Both the position numbers and the translations under genes were made by a program. From the NCBI RefSeq assembly GCF_009834535.1, contig NC_045697.1:70682001-70746000 (forward strand): 64,000 bases of DNA. Direction: 5' to 3'. Source of the DNA: Camelus ferus (Eukaryota). A model generated the notes under the pieces. That model was not told the origin of the DNA, did no database searches, and worked only from the letters and a program-made list of their open reading frames with translations. This document shows positions 50,501-63,335 of this stretch, one piece after another (the stretch's first letter is position 1; each line of letters starts with the position of its first letter).

Positions 50501-53299
50501 CCTGCGTTGATAGTGTCACCTCTGGGTGCACTGCTGTTTACCTGAGGCTTTGCCAGGACCACTTGGCCCTGAGAGTCTGGATGCTTCATGTGTAGCCATC
50601 ACTGAGGCTGTCTCCACCTGTTGGAGCCTGGGTTGCACTCAGAGAATTGGCCCAATTAGATCACCATCTCCTTTTCCTCACTTCCTTGCCAGGGCTCGTC
50701 CTACCAGTTATGCCCAGGCTACAAGTGGTTTGAGATGTAAAAGAGCGTATGACTTCCTTTTGTCTTTATCTAGTGAAGGTGCCCCTTGACAAAAGGAGCA
50801 GCTCTACTACCAGAGGCCACATTAATTTTATTCAATTGTATTTATATTTCTTACTTTTAGTAAAGGATGTACAATGAAGAGTTCTCCCAACCCCAACACC
50901 CATCTCCTCCTGCTAGGACAGTTCTCCTCAGTACTGTTCATTGTGTAGCATTATAGAAATGTAAATATAATACGCTGCAAATATAAACAAATTTTGCAAA
51001 TATAAACAAATGGGTGTTGTGTGTGTGTTGATGTTAAGCTCTTCCATTCTTTTGTGCAAAGTACTAGAGTAGTTTATTCTCTGTTATTACAATTTGTTAG
51101 ATTTCTCTGGTGAAAAGATCTGGGTGCAATCTTCATAGGAGAGTTGGACAGGAAGGAAGATCTCTCATACCTTTCTCTGTTGCTTTCATAGTGACATCTT
51201 GTCTCATATTGGGCAGAGCGCCCTCTTTCCTTTTGTCAGCATCCACCTGGCATAACTTCCCTCTTGTTTTAGCACAGTCTTTTGCTTTGTAAACCAAATA
51301 TTTTGTGTGTGTGTGCTCCTGGGTGAGTTTAATCTAATTACATTTATTGATATGAGTGATTTTATTCTATTATATTAGTTTAGTTTTTTTCTTTTCATAG
51401 CTTTAGAAATACTTTGTAGGCTCCCTGGAAATCCAATGGTGGCAATATGGGTTCAGTGTTCCTCTATGCTGGGTATATTTACCTTTGTGCTGTTAAATGT
51501 ATTCAGCATCTTTACTCTTTAGTTTCTTAAAGAAGAGATTAGAATATTTACTCTTCTAATTTTGGTTAATTTTTGAATTACTGCAGATTATATTATTTAT
51601 ATTTTAACCTGATCTCATAATCTTAACATTTGTTTCAGTCTTTGTTTTACCCTAAAATAGATGAAGTAATCACCACAGATTTCTTTGCAGTAACTTTTTC
51701 AGTCATTTCTCCGTTGGCTGGATCTTGCTCACAGTTAGATTCCTCAAGAACAGATGGGAACAACCCCCTTGCATTCTTGCACTTGGTATCTCTCCTAAAT
51801 ACATAGGTTGAACTAGTCTTTTATTTCAGAAAAGTCTTAATAAATTATATTTTTAAGTACTTGTGCTGTCTCCTTTTATTTTAAGTTATTGTCTAATTCC
51901 TAGTATGGTATCCTGGGTCTCCTTGGCTCAGCTTCCATATCTATGAAGACATAATAGGCTACCCTTAGGTGTTTTTTTTAAGGTTTTTTTTTTTTTTCTT
52001 TTGCTCTTTATGAAGAAAAGAAACTAAAAAGGAAGTCTGACCGTGAGAAGCAAATAAATCTTTCCTCAATACTGAGGCCTCAGTTGTGGTCAGACATCAT
52101 CATGTCATTTAACAAATGACCTTCTCCAGGTCTCATTCAAAATTACACTGGGCTATGCAGAGCCGGTGGTCCCAGACTGTTGAGAGCATTGTAGGTCCCG
52201 TTTCTGGTGGAGCCTGGAGCAGAGTCTCAGGCCACTATATTGAGTGGCAACATGGTTAGAGGAAACCTTGAAGCCTTCTCCCCAAAGTATGTCATTCACC
52301 CAAAACACAGTGATATTTACTCTGAAGATTTTGAATTATAATTCTTTAAAACTTTACTTATATGCTATCCCACCTCCTTATAAAACTTTCTGAAACATCT
52401 GAAGATGTTTAATGTTATTTTAAGAGACAATCTCTAAAAGAATAGGAATCAGATTCTCTACGAGCATAGATGATGCTTTTGTGGCAGATATCTGCCAGTG
52501 AGGAGGAGTGGACCAGACTGTCCCTGAAGGCAAGGGCCGTAAGAATTTCAGGCATCAGTGTAAATGATTTATTACCAGAAGGTATAGGTTTTATACCAAA
52601 GAAATAATCATGTTGTCCAGTAAGTCCCTAATGTTACTGGTTCGGACCAGGTTCAGAGCGACTGCAGGGGCAGCTGACTCAGCCCTGTGCTGGATTCCCT
52701 GTTCTTTGGTTCTTGGAGTGCCCATATGAATTCTTGCCGTAACCAGAAAGAGCCTTGCTAGTGACAGTCTGTAACTGTCAGGCACAGAGACAGAACAGGG
52801 GTTCCAGATCCAAGGTCTGCATGATAAAAGAAGGAAAAGAATCCAAGGGAAGTGTGTAGAGCCTGTAAAAGGTGCCAAAACATACCTCTGATTTAATTCT
52901 TCAGCTGATCAGTGAGTTACATATCTGCTGTTCTATAGATATCACACATATTTTCCTGTTTTCAGTGTTTCCTCTTTCCACTGTCTGTCAGAGATAGAGG
53001 AGCATGAAATATTTCTCCCTGCACATACTGCAATCAATTTTGTCGGTAAGTACAGATCTTAAAATAAAACCATCTTGACCCTCTCATAAAAGAAGGTATT
53101 TTCAATCGCTTGCTGATAGCTTGGAAGTACACATCATTTTTCAAACTCACACCCCAAGTAATTTGTCATGTGTTTGGACATTTCATTATCAGTGATATTT
53201 TACTATCTATCCATCTCTGCTCTTTTAAGCGCCTGTTTTTAATATTAAGACCATAGACTTCATCCAGCCAATAAAAGAACATTCCAGTATGGGTGATTA

Positions 53300-53770
53300 T
53301 GAACGTATACTTGGATGTCAGACAACTTGGTTCAAATGGGCAATTTGCTCAGCTCCTTCTAAGCCTTGAAAATAGGGATCATGTCCGTATTCACCTCACG
53401 GGGTTGTGATGCGGATAAAATTCATTCATATTTTTGAAAACATTTACTGAGCACCTGCTATGATAAGTGCTATGGTGAAAAAGAACATAAGCTAAGGGGA
53501 CAGGGAACTGAGAGGGCACTGTTCTAGGTGCAGAGGTCGGAGAAGGCTGCTCCGGAAGGTTGTATTTGAGCAGAGATCTGAATGAAGTGGGAAAACAAGC
53601 CGTGCAAACACCGGGGAAGAGAGTTTCCAGGCAGAGGAAAGAGCAATTACAAGGTCCTGTGCTGGAAATACTGCCATGTTGGGGAAGCTGGGTGAACTGT
53701 GGTATCATTAATGAGATCATGACATGCTTTGTTCAGTGCCCGAGGCCTAGAAAGTCCTTCATAAATATTA
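53300..53770. mobile_element. MIR (plus) interrupted by an L2 3' fragment (minus, about 53420-53690)
   Basis: CACCTCACGGGGTTGTGATGCGGATAAA | ATTCATTCA...CATTTACTGAGCACCTGCTATG... | TAATGAGATCATGACATGC...CAGTGCCCG. Confidence 0.75.
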
Positions 53771-54519
53771 GCCAGTCTGCTTAGTATCTGGATCTCAGAA
53801 ACAGGAATAGTTCCCCTTTCTACTATTTTGTTTAACGTAAGAGGAGATAATTATGCCAACCATGGCACGGACTCTCTGTTCTTTAAGCAAGCAGGCTCTC
53901 TGCTGGGAAAAGAAGTCAGCTGAATGGTTCCTCTTTGGGGCAAAGTAAAGGAGCAACGATTGCTGACTCACCTCCCCCGGAAGCACAGCAGGACAGCGCT
54001 GTGCCTTTCTGTGCTTGGGGCATTCAGATCAATGTCCACAAGAAGACCAAGTGGTGGGGTCGGCGGGGGGGGGGGGGTGGGCAGGGCCTTCTAGAGCATC
54101 CAGGCAGTGAAGTCACAGGCTTCAGGCAGTGTGTACTGTGGAAGGTGCTTCTCATGATCTGAAGTAGGTATTTATTACGCGAGGAACAGTTATGGTAGAA
54201 AATTTATTTATATAGAAATAGTTTTTATTGTAGATATTCATAATATTTATTGTAGAAAGTTAAGGTAGAGACATAAAAATGGAAGAGAAAAGGATGAGGG
54301 AAAGTGGAGGAAAAGGAAGAAGAAATCATCTATTAAGCTCCAGTCAAGCCTAAAAGTACTGCTCATGTTTAATTTATTATTTTTTGTGCACAGACTCTAT
54401 GAAAATATGCAGATTTTTTAAATGGTATTTTCGGTAACCTACTATTTTCACTCAACATCTGATCTTTACCATCTTTTCATGACCATAAATATATTTGAGC
54501 ACATCTTTTTTATGGGCTG

Positions 54520-54685
54520 GCGGCCACAGACACCCTTCACAGATATCTAACTTCTTAGAAAATACTAATTATCTGGTCCCAACCCAGACCTCTTGAATCA
54601 GAAGCTCTAAGGATATGGCCCAGAAATTTGTTTCAGCAAGACCTTCTGGTGATTCTGATGCACACTCAAATGAGAGAACTACTGA
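54520..54685. mobile_element. MER5A MITE
   Basis: CCCAGACCTCTTGAATCAGAAGCTCT...GGTGATTCTGATGCACACTCAAATGAGAGAACTACTG. Confidence 0.85.
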
Positions 54686-54857
54686 AAGGGAGAGAACGTG
54701 ACAGTTGAATGCTGTTACTACCAGTAATTAGACCAGTGACTTCCCACCATTTACATCTTCTGAGCGTCAGTTTTCTCAGTCACAGAAAATTAAAAACAGA
54801 AGAAATTAACAAACATCATATTTATAATCGTAGAATTTTTATAAAGATTAAATGTCA

Positions 54858-55186
54858 TATGTGGAATCTAAAAAAAAAAGAAAAAAGAAGACACTAATGA
54901 ACTCATCTACAAAACAGAAACAGACACACAGACAAGAGTAGACAAACTTATGGTTACTGGGGGGAAAAGGGGTAGGAAGGGATAAATTCAGAGTTTGAGA
55001 TTTGCAAATACTAACTACTATATGTAAAATAGATTAAAAAATTTCTTCCATATAGCATGGGGAATTATATTCAGTATCTAATAGTAACCTACAATGAAAA
55101 AGAATATATGTATGCGTATGTATGACTGAAACATTATGCTGAACACCAGAAACTGACACATTATAAACTGACTGTACTTCATTAAA
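54858..55186 (+). mobile_element. 5'-truncated L1 3' end inserted in a MIR (about 54700-55250)
   Basis: ATATGTGGAATCTAAAAAA...AACTGACTGTACTTCATT plus A-tail. Degenerate TSD AAAGATTAAATGTCA / AAAAATTGAATGACA. Confidence 0.9.
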
Positions 55187-55742
55187 AAAAATTGAATGAC
55201 AATCTATGTGAAAGCAAACGGCAGTGCCTGGCACATGACATAAACATTGATTCCAGGATCATTTAAGAATGTAATATGTGACAGACACTGAAAGACAAAG
55301 TGAAGAAGGTAAATATTTTCTTGGCCTTCATTTAGCAAGAGAAGAAGAACAGTATTTTTTTAATCAATTAAATGTTACATTTGCCTTGATAACATGTAAT
55401 TGGGACCCAAGGAAGGTAGAGGTTAACTCTATTTGAGAAGGACAGAGAGCAAAGGCTTCATAGGCTCAAAGACTGGGAGCCACAGAGAGTCCAGGGCCAA
55501 GTTAAGCCTTGGAAGTGTGAAAAATCATGGCTTGTGGAAGCAGCGAGAAGAGGTCCCTATAGACACATGAATGACATGTGAATGAGACAACAGAATTTTC
55601 TGCCATATTGATGTTCGCTACGAGAGGAAGAGAGAAGTCAAAGAGGAAGCCACAGATAATTAGAAGGAACAAGATTTAAGAGGAAAAGATAAGGTGAAAA
55701 ACAAGCAAGATCATGGAGGTCTTGAATGTTCTTTACATTCAG

Positions 55743-55928
55743 GAAATTTTCTATGTTAGAAGACATTTACCACTTTCTGTCGCTTTTTCCCAAACATGAA
55801 GTCAATCTTAGGATAAAGGAAAGTCAGCTTAGGCATCATAATGCTCAGTTTCAAAATAATTAAATTGCATACACACAGTCACACTCGAGGAAAGCTGGGA
55901 CGTCAGCTTCTAATTTGCCACCAAACAA
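55743..55928 (+). repeat. Local direct duplication, copy A (186 bp)
   Basis: Matches 56751-56928 with 4 substitutions and one 8-bp indel. Confidence 0.97.
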
Positions 55929-56750
55929 TGTCAGTTTCTCTCATTTTCTTTAACATTTTTTTGTCCTGGTGAAAACCACACTTTAAAGATAATACTGATG
56001 GAGGAACAGAAATCACAGAAAGGCTTATTATCACAATTTGCCCAAGCGGAAAGGCAGAGTGGCCTCAGGGATCGTCTATCCGTGGTTTTCCTTCTCTCCT
56101 CCCTCCACTGATTGCCTGAGTCACTGGCAAGTGATCAGCTTTGGGGAGAGGAAGATGGGGTGACAGGGGAGGAAAGGAGGAAAGAGGGAAGATAGGAGAG
56201 AAAGTGGGAAAGGACTAGGAGGAGTTCCTCAGGGATCTGCCACATGTAGGGACAGGCAGTTCGTAGCAGACTTTTAGATACAGCGAAGTAAATCATTTAC
56301 TGCCTTTGGATTTCTTTGGCTCCTTTGTGGCACATTATTTATGACTGAGCTCTTTGTACATAGTTATTTTTAATGACTTTGTTCCCAAACTAAGCCCTGG
56401 CTACCACTGTGCCAGCACAGCCCCTGTGAAAATTGACCACTTTGTTCTGTTTATAAAGAACTACAGATTTACAAATGCCGAAAATAAAACCCACAGTGTC
56501 CATAAAGTAGATGCGCCTGGTCCTCTGTTACCTTATTCTACATTTAAATTGCTTCCCCAGCCACAGCCATAATCATGGTTTACCGCTTTGCCCAAAGATA
56601 GACGCCTTAGGGCTCGCACTCGTCTAACTCAGTTACAGGCAGTAGCCGGAGCCCCCACTGCTCCTGTCCTCCGCTCAGTGAGAACGCGAGAAATGATTAT
56701 GTTTTATGTAAATATTATGGATGTGTACTCCATCTCTGTACCTAGAGTTT

Positions 56751-56928
56751 GAAATTTTCCACGTTAGAAGACATTTACCACTTTCTGTCGCTTTTTCCCA
56801 AACATGAAGTCAATCTTAGGATAAAGGAAAGTCAGCTTAGGCATCATAACGCTCAGTTTCAATATAATTAAATTGCATACACACTCGAGGAAAGCTGGGA
56901 CGTCAGCTTCTAATTTGCCACCAAACAA
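56751..56928 (+). repeat. Local direct duplication, copy B (178 bp)
   Basis: Matches 55743-55928. Confidence 0.97.
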
Positions 56929-57499
56929 ACATTGTCTCCGGTTATTTTCCAGCGTCTAGGGTGGTGACTTCAGTAATTGAAGAGGGGGCTAAACAAAGTT
57001 AGCATCAAATTATAGTCTGACACAACCTTAGATTCTGCATTTTAAGATCTGGCTGAGCTCATCTGTCATGAGGCCTAAAATAAACAAGTGTCCAAGATGG
57101 AAACAATAGTGGAGTTGAAAGTCATCCACACAAGTGAGTCACACATTCAAAGCGCCTTCTCCCTGGGGCAGAGTGAAGTTCTGAGGGGTGAATCTGATGA
57201 TCATGCTTTTACGACATTAAGATGTTTAAACAACCACCACAAAACAGACTCACACAAACACTCGTGCTTTTATTCTGTTTTTAAAATGTTAAAAAATAAT
57301 TGTGTTGATAAAAGATAAAATTTATTGGGTTCCTCAAGTTCTGAATGCTAAGGTGAAAACCAAAGAGGGTTTTTATGGTTTTTGAAACTCCAAATGACTG
57401 GGAAATGGAGAGAGAAAGTGAAATGAAAGATTGTCTCCATGTGAACTGAAACAGATCAAGGGACAAGGAACAGACAGCAAGGACTTACAGAGCTTGCAT

Positions 57500-58330
57500 T
57501 CTTCCCCATCTCAATATGTGAAAACTCCTAGTTTTCTAATTGCTCAGACCAAAACGTTGGAGTCATCTTTGACGTCTCTCTTTCTCGCAAATCCTGTACC
57601 TAATCAGGCTGCAAGTTCTCTCAGCGTTGACGTCAATCAACTGGTCCTAGTGACAGTCGTCGTTTGCCAGTTTTGTTATCACCAGAGATTTTTAATTGGT
57701 TTCCCGGTTCCCACCATTACCCCTCTGTAGTCTCTTTTCAACCTAGTGGCTGAATGATACTGTTAAAATTTAAGCCAGACCACATCCATCTTTCTTAGAG
57801 TAAAATCAAGTTGTTAACAGTATCCTACAAGGCTCTGCGAGGTCAGGGCTTCTCTCTCCCTAAGATATCTTCTCTGACCACCACGCCCACCCCCTCTCAC
57901 TCACTTTATTCCAACATGTGCCTCCAAGTGGGAACTCAAGCCTGCTGGGCACCTTCCCGCCTCAGGACATATGCATTTGTTTTTCCTTCCATCTGAAATG
58001 CTCTTCCCTTAGATTTCCAAGGAGTCTTCTCTCTCATCTATTATGGGTCTTTGGTCAAAAATATTTATGTTAATCAGTAAAGCTTTTCCTGACCACCTTA
58101 TTTAAAACTGCAATGTCTTCCTTCACTCTCAAGATTTCCTGATCCCTTCTGTTCTTTATTTTTTACAATAGCAGTAATTTTCTCCTACAAACTACAAATT
58201 TTCTTTATTTGTTTCTTATCTGTCCTCTTTCACCAGGGATGTCTATTTATTTGTTTTTTTATGGCTGTTCCCAGAGTGACTATAATAGTGGCACAGGCAA
58301 GTAGGTCCTCAATATATATTCATTAAGATG
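57500..58330 (+). mobile_element. L2a 3' portion
   Basis: TTCCCCATCTCAAT...TGCTCAGACCAAAACGTTGGAGTCATCTTTGAC...GTAGGTCCTCAATATATATT. Confidence 0.88.
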
Positions 58331-61300
58331 ATAACAAAGAACATCTTCAAACAATGCCAATTGTACTACTGCAAGACCAGATCTGCTCTGGTAAACACTG
58401 GGGATATTTGCAAAACAGATCTGAGGAATCTCAGGACTCATAACTAAAGAGAAGAAAGAAGAAATTCCGAGGAAATTATGGCCATAAGGCAGCTTTGTGC
58501 CCTCACTTCATTGGCTTTATGGCTCCACGGTACAGTAGCCAACTCATCTGGCCCCCCAGCCCCACAGATGTCATTCTCTAATACTTGGAAGCAAGTACTT
58601 AGAAAGGAGGAAACAATTTTAAAGACTGGTTTACAAGAAATGAGCCAACAGCACTTCCTAAATTCATTAAGGGCTCAACAACCCTGGACATGTTTTCAAA
58701 TCACAATGATATTCCACATAATGGAAAGACATTTCTGGCATTAAAAATGATTAGTGCTAATGCTACAAGTTGTATTCATACCACCAATTTTGATTTAAAG
58801 TCACAGATTTACTTGCCTGCAGACTACCCTTTGTAAACCCACGCTGGTTTTATTTAGGCCCTGGGTTAATGAGGCCATTCTAATTCCTCAAACATGGACT
58901 AGGATTTGAATTCCCATAGTACGATCAAAGCAATGGCTTAGAGGAAAGAGAGCAAATAAAACTTTCCTTCTGGCCATTTTAAACTGAGGAAGCGCACCGC
59001 ACTGAAGACCTTCCACAATGGTTATGTGTTATCTTAAACCAGTCCTGACGGATCTGTAACAGTGCACACTGGGCTCCACTAGTCCTTTTCCACTGCCATG
59101 GACTGATCTCTGCTCTCAGGTTTGCTCCTCTGGGGTGGTGGGAGGGATGATGAGTTAGAAGTGGAAAAGAACAATTCTAGGCAATAAATAGCTTCAGTGG
59201 ACATCAACATGACTGAGTCTACTCAAGACTGTCTCTCGGAGGCTGAAATGAGTCACTTCACATTTAAAGATACGGCCACAAATTCAGGTGCACAGAGGAT
59301 TCATTTTCTTCTGTAACAATGCTGTCAGGCCTTACGTGTCTCTGGAGGGGCTGAATCACAAAAATCACAAAGCACCTCATACCCAGCGCTCTAAAGACAC
59401 AGAGAGAATTGCCCATTCTGTTATTTTCAGAGAGAAAATATCTTACTGCACGAAAACATGCAGGTAGTGGAAGAGGATCCCTTAAGGTAGAATATTAAGG
59501 TCGGAGCATCTTAGAAACCAGACCGAATCCCCGTGATGCCAAAGTTCCCCAGAGCTGGAAGATTCCATACAACATGGCATTTTTTAATCTACTCGAAAAC
59601 TTTGGTGTCATACCGTGATAGTCTGAGTCTTGGTTGTTAAAAATGAATCAATGACTCAAAGTCAACTAATTTTTTTAAGCAGAGGGATTTTTTACATCCC
59701 CTGTCCATCTTTATAGTCAACAACAAAATATACATGACAAGGACTGAGGATGCCAGTTACTTTATATTGCTTCTCTTCACAAGAATTATTTTTGGTTTTG
59801 GTTATGTAGCACGAGCATTGGTCCACTCGCATTTTCCTCAGCTGCTTACATTGCCACGTGCATATAATAGCCCATTTTTTAAACTAAACTTTCTGCTGCT
59901 TTTCATTTTATCCCCTCTGAGCTTCATCAGCTTCTTCGGGTACCACGCAGTAGAGTTCAGAGGTCAGCTTAAAAAAACTCTCGGTGAAGAACATCTGAAG
60001 AGCTTTGCAAGGCTGTGTAAATATGCAGAAACAAACACACGCTACCTATATTAAACGGGTTAAGAACTCCTGAACAGTACTTCAAGGTCAGTGGTTTGCT
60101 TTCATCCCTTTCCAGCACTTTGCATAGCTGGCAGCCCTCCATCCTTTGGGGAGTACAGGAACGGCCGCAGAGAGCACAAGACTTCAGTCTCAGCCAGAAT
60201 TTCCATAATCACATCAACAGATGGAATAATAATCACCCCCAAAGTCACTGCACAATCTTTCTGATCCAAGGAAACTTCCTCCTGCTTCATTTCAAACTCA
60301 TTTCTACTGGCAATTTAGACATAAGGTATTTTTATTTTCTGGAAATGTCCCCGAGTTAAGGTGATCCTAAAACAAGTGAGCAGTGCCAGCCCTGCATTTG
60401 GATACAGTGCTTTGGAGGGAGCCACTGAATGCGTGCAGGGAGGCTGAGCAAAGGCAGGGCCTTTGTGGGTGCTACTTGGGACGCTGTTCCCTTGGCAACG
60501 AGAAGCAGTGATTGCGGAGCCTGTTCCCACTGTCAACACTCTCTCCTGGCCACCTGGGACCTATCTCCACAGCTGCAGGTCCAATCGTGACTGTGCTCAG
60601 GAGTGTCCTCGCCCAGCCTCCAGACAGTAGGTTCTCTGTGTTCTTGATTAGCCCATGGGGAAAAGCCAGTTGTATGAATTATATTACAGAGCATATCTGA
60701 TCAACATAATTAGAATCGTACTTTCCAAAATCTGGTCTCTTAAATTACCTAATGTTGATTGCTAGACAACAGCTCTGAATCTACCCAAGACACCCTATGC
60801 GGAGAGTATGACACATTTAAGTTAACCATAAAAAAATACTGAAAAGCATACCTGTTGTGTGGATCTCTAAATTATTTGAGATTTAAGGCTTTACTGATAC
60901 CATGCATTGCCAGAGAGTATCCGGAAACAGACATCGGTTTCTCAAATTAATTTTTCTAATTATTTGTCTTTGGGAGAACCTTTTACCAATATAATGTTCA
61001 AGTCACATGCATGGACAATTTGAATAATCATGAAAGTAAAATATAAACATGAATCTCTTTTCTACTCTTAAAAATTCATAAAAGGTGTCATGGTAATTAC
61101 TACACATGTTAATGTGACATAATCTACTAAAGAGATAATGAAAACACGGAAGAAAGAATCCATTACTTCGGCAGAAGAATTAATTGAGATCTATATGTCT
61201 CGCACTATTCCAGACGTCAGGGAGAATACCAAGAATCTTTCTTTCTTTTTGTACTCCTAGCCCTTGGAGTTAACATCTTTTTACATCTCTTCAGCTATAG

Positions 61301-61411
61301 TCTAATTGGAAGTCTCTGAAATCTATATTTTCGATAGCAACCTCTCTCCCAAACTTCAAACCAACATTAACAACTATATCTGTTGAAACCTTTTTTTTAT
61401 ACAGAAGGGAA

Positions 61412-61562
61412 GGTTTAAAGTTGCAAGATAAAATACATGATGCCCAGTCAAGTTTGTCCCAAGCTTATGGGACAAACTCATACGAAAAAGTGTTCATTGT
61501 TTATCTGACATTCAGAGAGAGCTAGGCTTCCTGAATTTCAATTTGCTAATTCTGGCAAACCT
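61412..61562. mobile_element. MER53-like palindromic MITE (internally deleted)
   Basis: AGATAAAATACATGATGCCCAGT...TGTCCCA...TGGGACAAACTCATAC...TTGTTTATCTGACATTCA...ATTTGCTAATTCTGGCAAACCT. Confidence 0.8.
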
Positions 61563-63004
61563 GCGGCAGAGTCTGGGATGAGTTTTTACTCTTTATGTTT
61601 TGATCTCTGCATTTTTTCTTCTCCTAACTCAGAGCAGCAGTCGAGCCCTAGATATTTCCTTGTTTCAAGGGTTTTTTGCAGGATATAATGTCCAAGCTGA
61701 AGCTCAATGAAAAGATCATGTGTGGTGTAAAAAGAGACCAAGAGAAAGAAGATGGAGAAGCCAGGAGAGTGACTTGGGGGAGAGACTCCTTTCGATGGCA
61801 GAGATCAGAGATGGGCAGCTCTTCTGTTTATGGGGCCAGCACATTGTTTGCAAGCACTTAGCTTACAAACCTTGCCTTGCAAGTTATTCCATTCCCCCTC
61901 AACCTAATTGAGGATCAGATTTGCAATGTTAGTGACATGCATACTACCTTTTTTGTTAAAGTCTTATGGAAAATATACTTATGGTTCAGGTTTGAACATT
62001 TATGGAGATGTTAACTCAGTATGACATTCTGCTTTTCCCTTGATGGTATTTGTCATATTTAAAATTGTGAATATTCAGTTTTATACAAGTACTTCTCTCT
62101 ATTTGTATATATATATAGAGAGAGATTTATGTGGGTTATTTGCTAAAGACTGAGAGATACAGATCTGCCTAGTCCAATATTAATGAAGAATAAATAAATG
62201 CACATTAAAAAAAAAACTTTCGTAAGGCAAGACATTGACAAGATAGGGATATAGTACACATGATACCAAGGTTCCTGGCCCCACTATCAGTTCAAGTACG
62301 TCAGTGGTGAGTGGCCCAGAAGCAGTGAAGTCATCAGAACTGGAGGTGCTGCGTGCATTGCAATGATGGGTACTTTGGTGAAAACAAGTTATCAGCTATT
62401 GACCGCAGGGCTTTTCTTGATGCTTTGACATCAAATAATATCACAGGATCTTCACACCAGGGAGCTATGATTAAATTTCCTACTATGCACAGAACTCTGG
62501 GCACTTAGGGTCTAAAGTAATTGGATTTAAAGAGAATCATGAAAAGGAGGTATTCCACACCGCATTAATGGAATCCAGTTCACTCATTTTCCCCCCTTTA
62601 TGGTAGACGCTGATGGTTACTCTCCCCAAACCATTTCTTTTCCCAAATTTAGCCTTGCTGGCAGATTGCCTTCTGCTACAGGAGCTGCTAGAAATTGCTA
62701 CCCCAGCTTCCATCTTAAGCTATGGATATAGGACCCCGTTCAGGCCTCTGGGAGCTTGAGAGTTTCTTCTCTGATTAAAACAAAACCAAACAGTCATGCA
62801 AAAAAATAAAAACAAAAACCTATGGTAAGGGAATGGAAAGATGCTCAGGGGTATGATGATATCACTGAGTCATTTATATTAGTCAACTCTGTGACTGCCC
62901 TGCTTCAGAACTTTTTGTTTTATGAGACAATAAAGAGTTTTAGATATGTTGAGTTGGTTTTTCCATTATTTGCATCTACAAGAACCCCCACATGGTACAT
63001 CACT

Positions 63005-63335
63005 ACTGTTGCAGATTGGGCTTTCTGGCAGCAGATGCTGAGATGCAGGGTAGGATCAAGATGTTTATTAGGGACCAAAAAGGAAAAGCTCAGCAGCAGA
63101 AATGGACAGAGGAGGAAGCCGACTGGCAGGGAGCTCTGAAGCAAGTCTGCCCATCAGAACATCATGCCCAGGTCACAAAGGTCAGAGCTTTGCACGCCTG
63201 CCTCCCTCAGGTGCTGCAAGTAAGCAGCTCTGCGAGGGATGTAACCTCAAGCAGAGGAGCTCTCTGACACTAAGGGAGATGTGATGGGGAAGACAGCTGG
63301 CTGCTGACTTCTGACCGCATGCCCTGTCACTAACC
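63005..63335 (-). mobile_element. LTR16-like ERVL solo LTR
   Basis: AGCAGATGCTGAGATG...GTTTATTAGGGA...GGGAGCTCTGAAGC...GCCCATCAGA. Confidence 0.7.

Noticed and set aside
50976..51011. 19-bp-period tandem duplication (TGCAAATATAAACAAAT x2)
   Set aside because: Two-copy slippage duplication in degraded repeat DNA, not an array.
57627..57636. Perfect CRE palindrome TTGACGTCAA
   Set aside because: A single motif inside an L2 relic, expected by chance in 64 kb.
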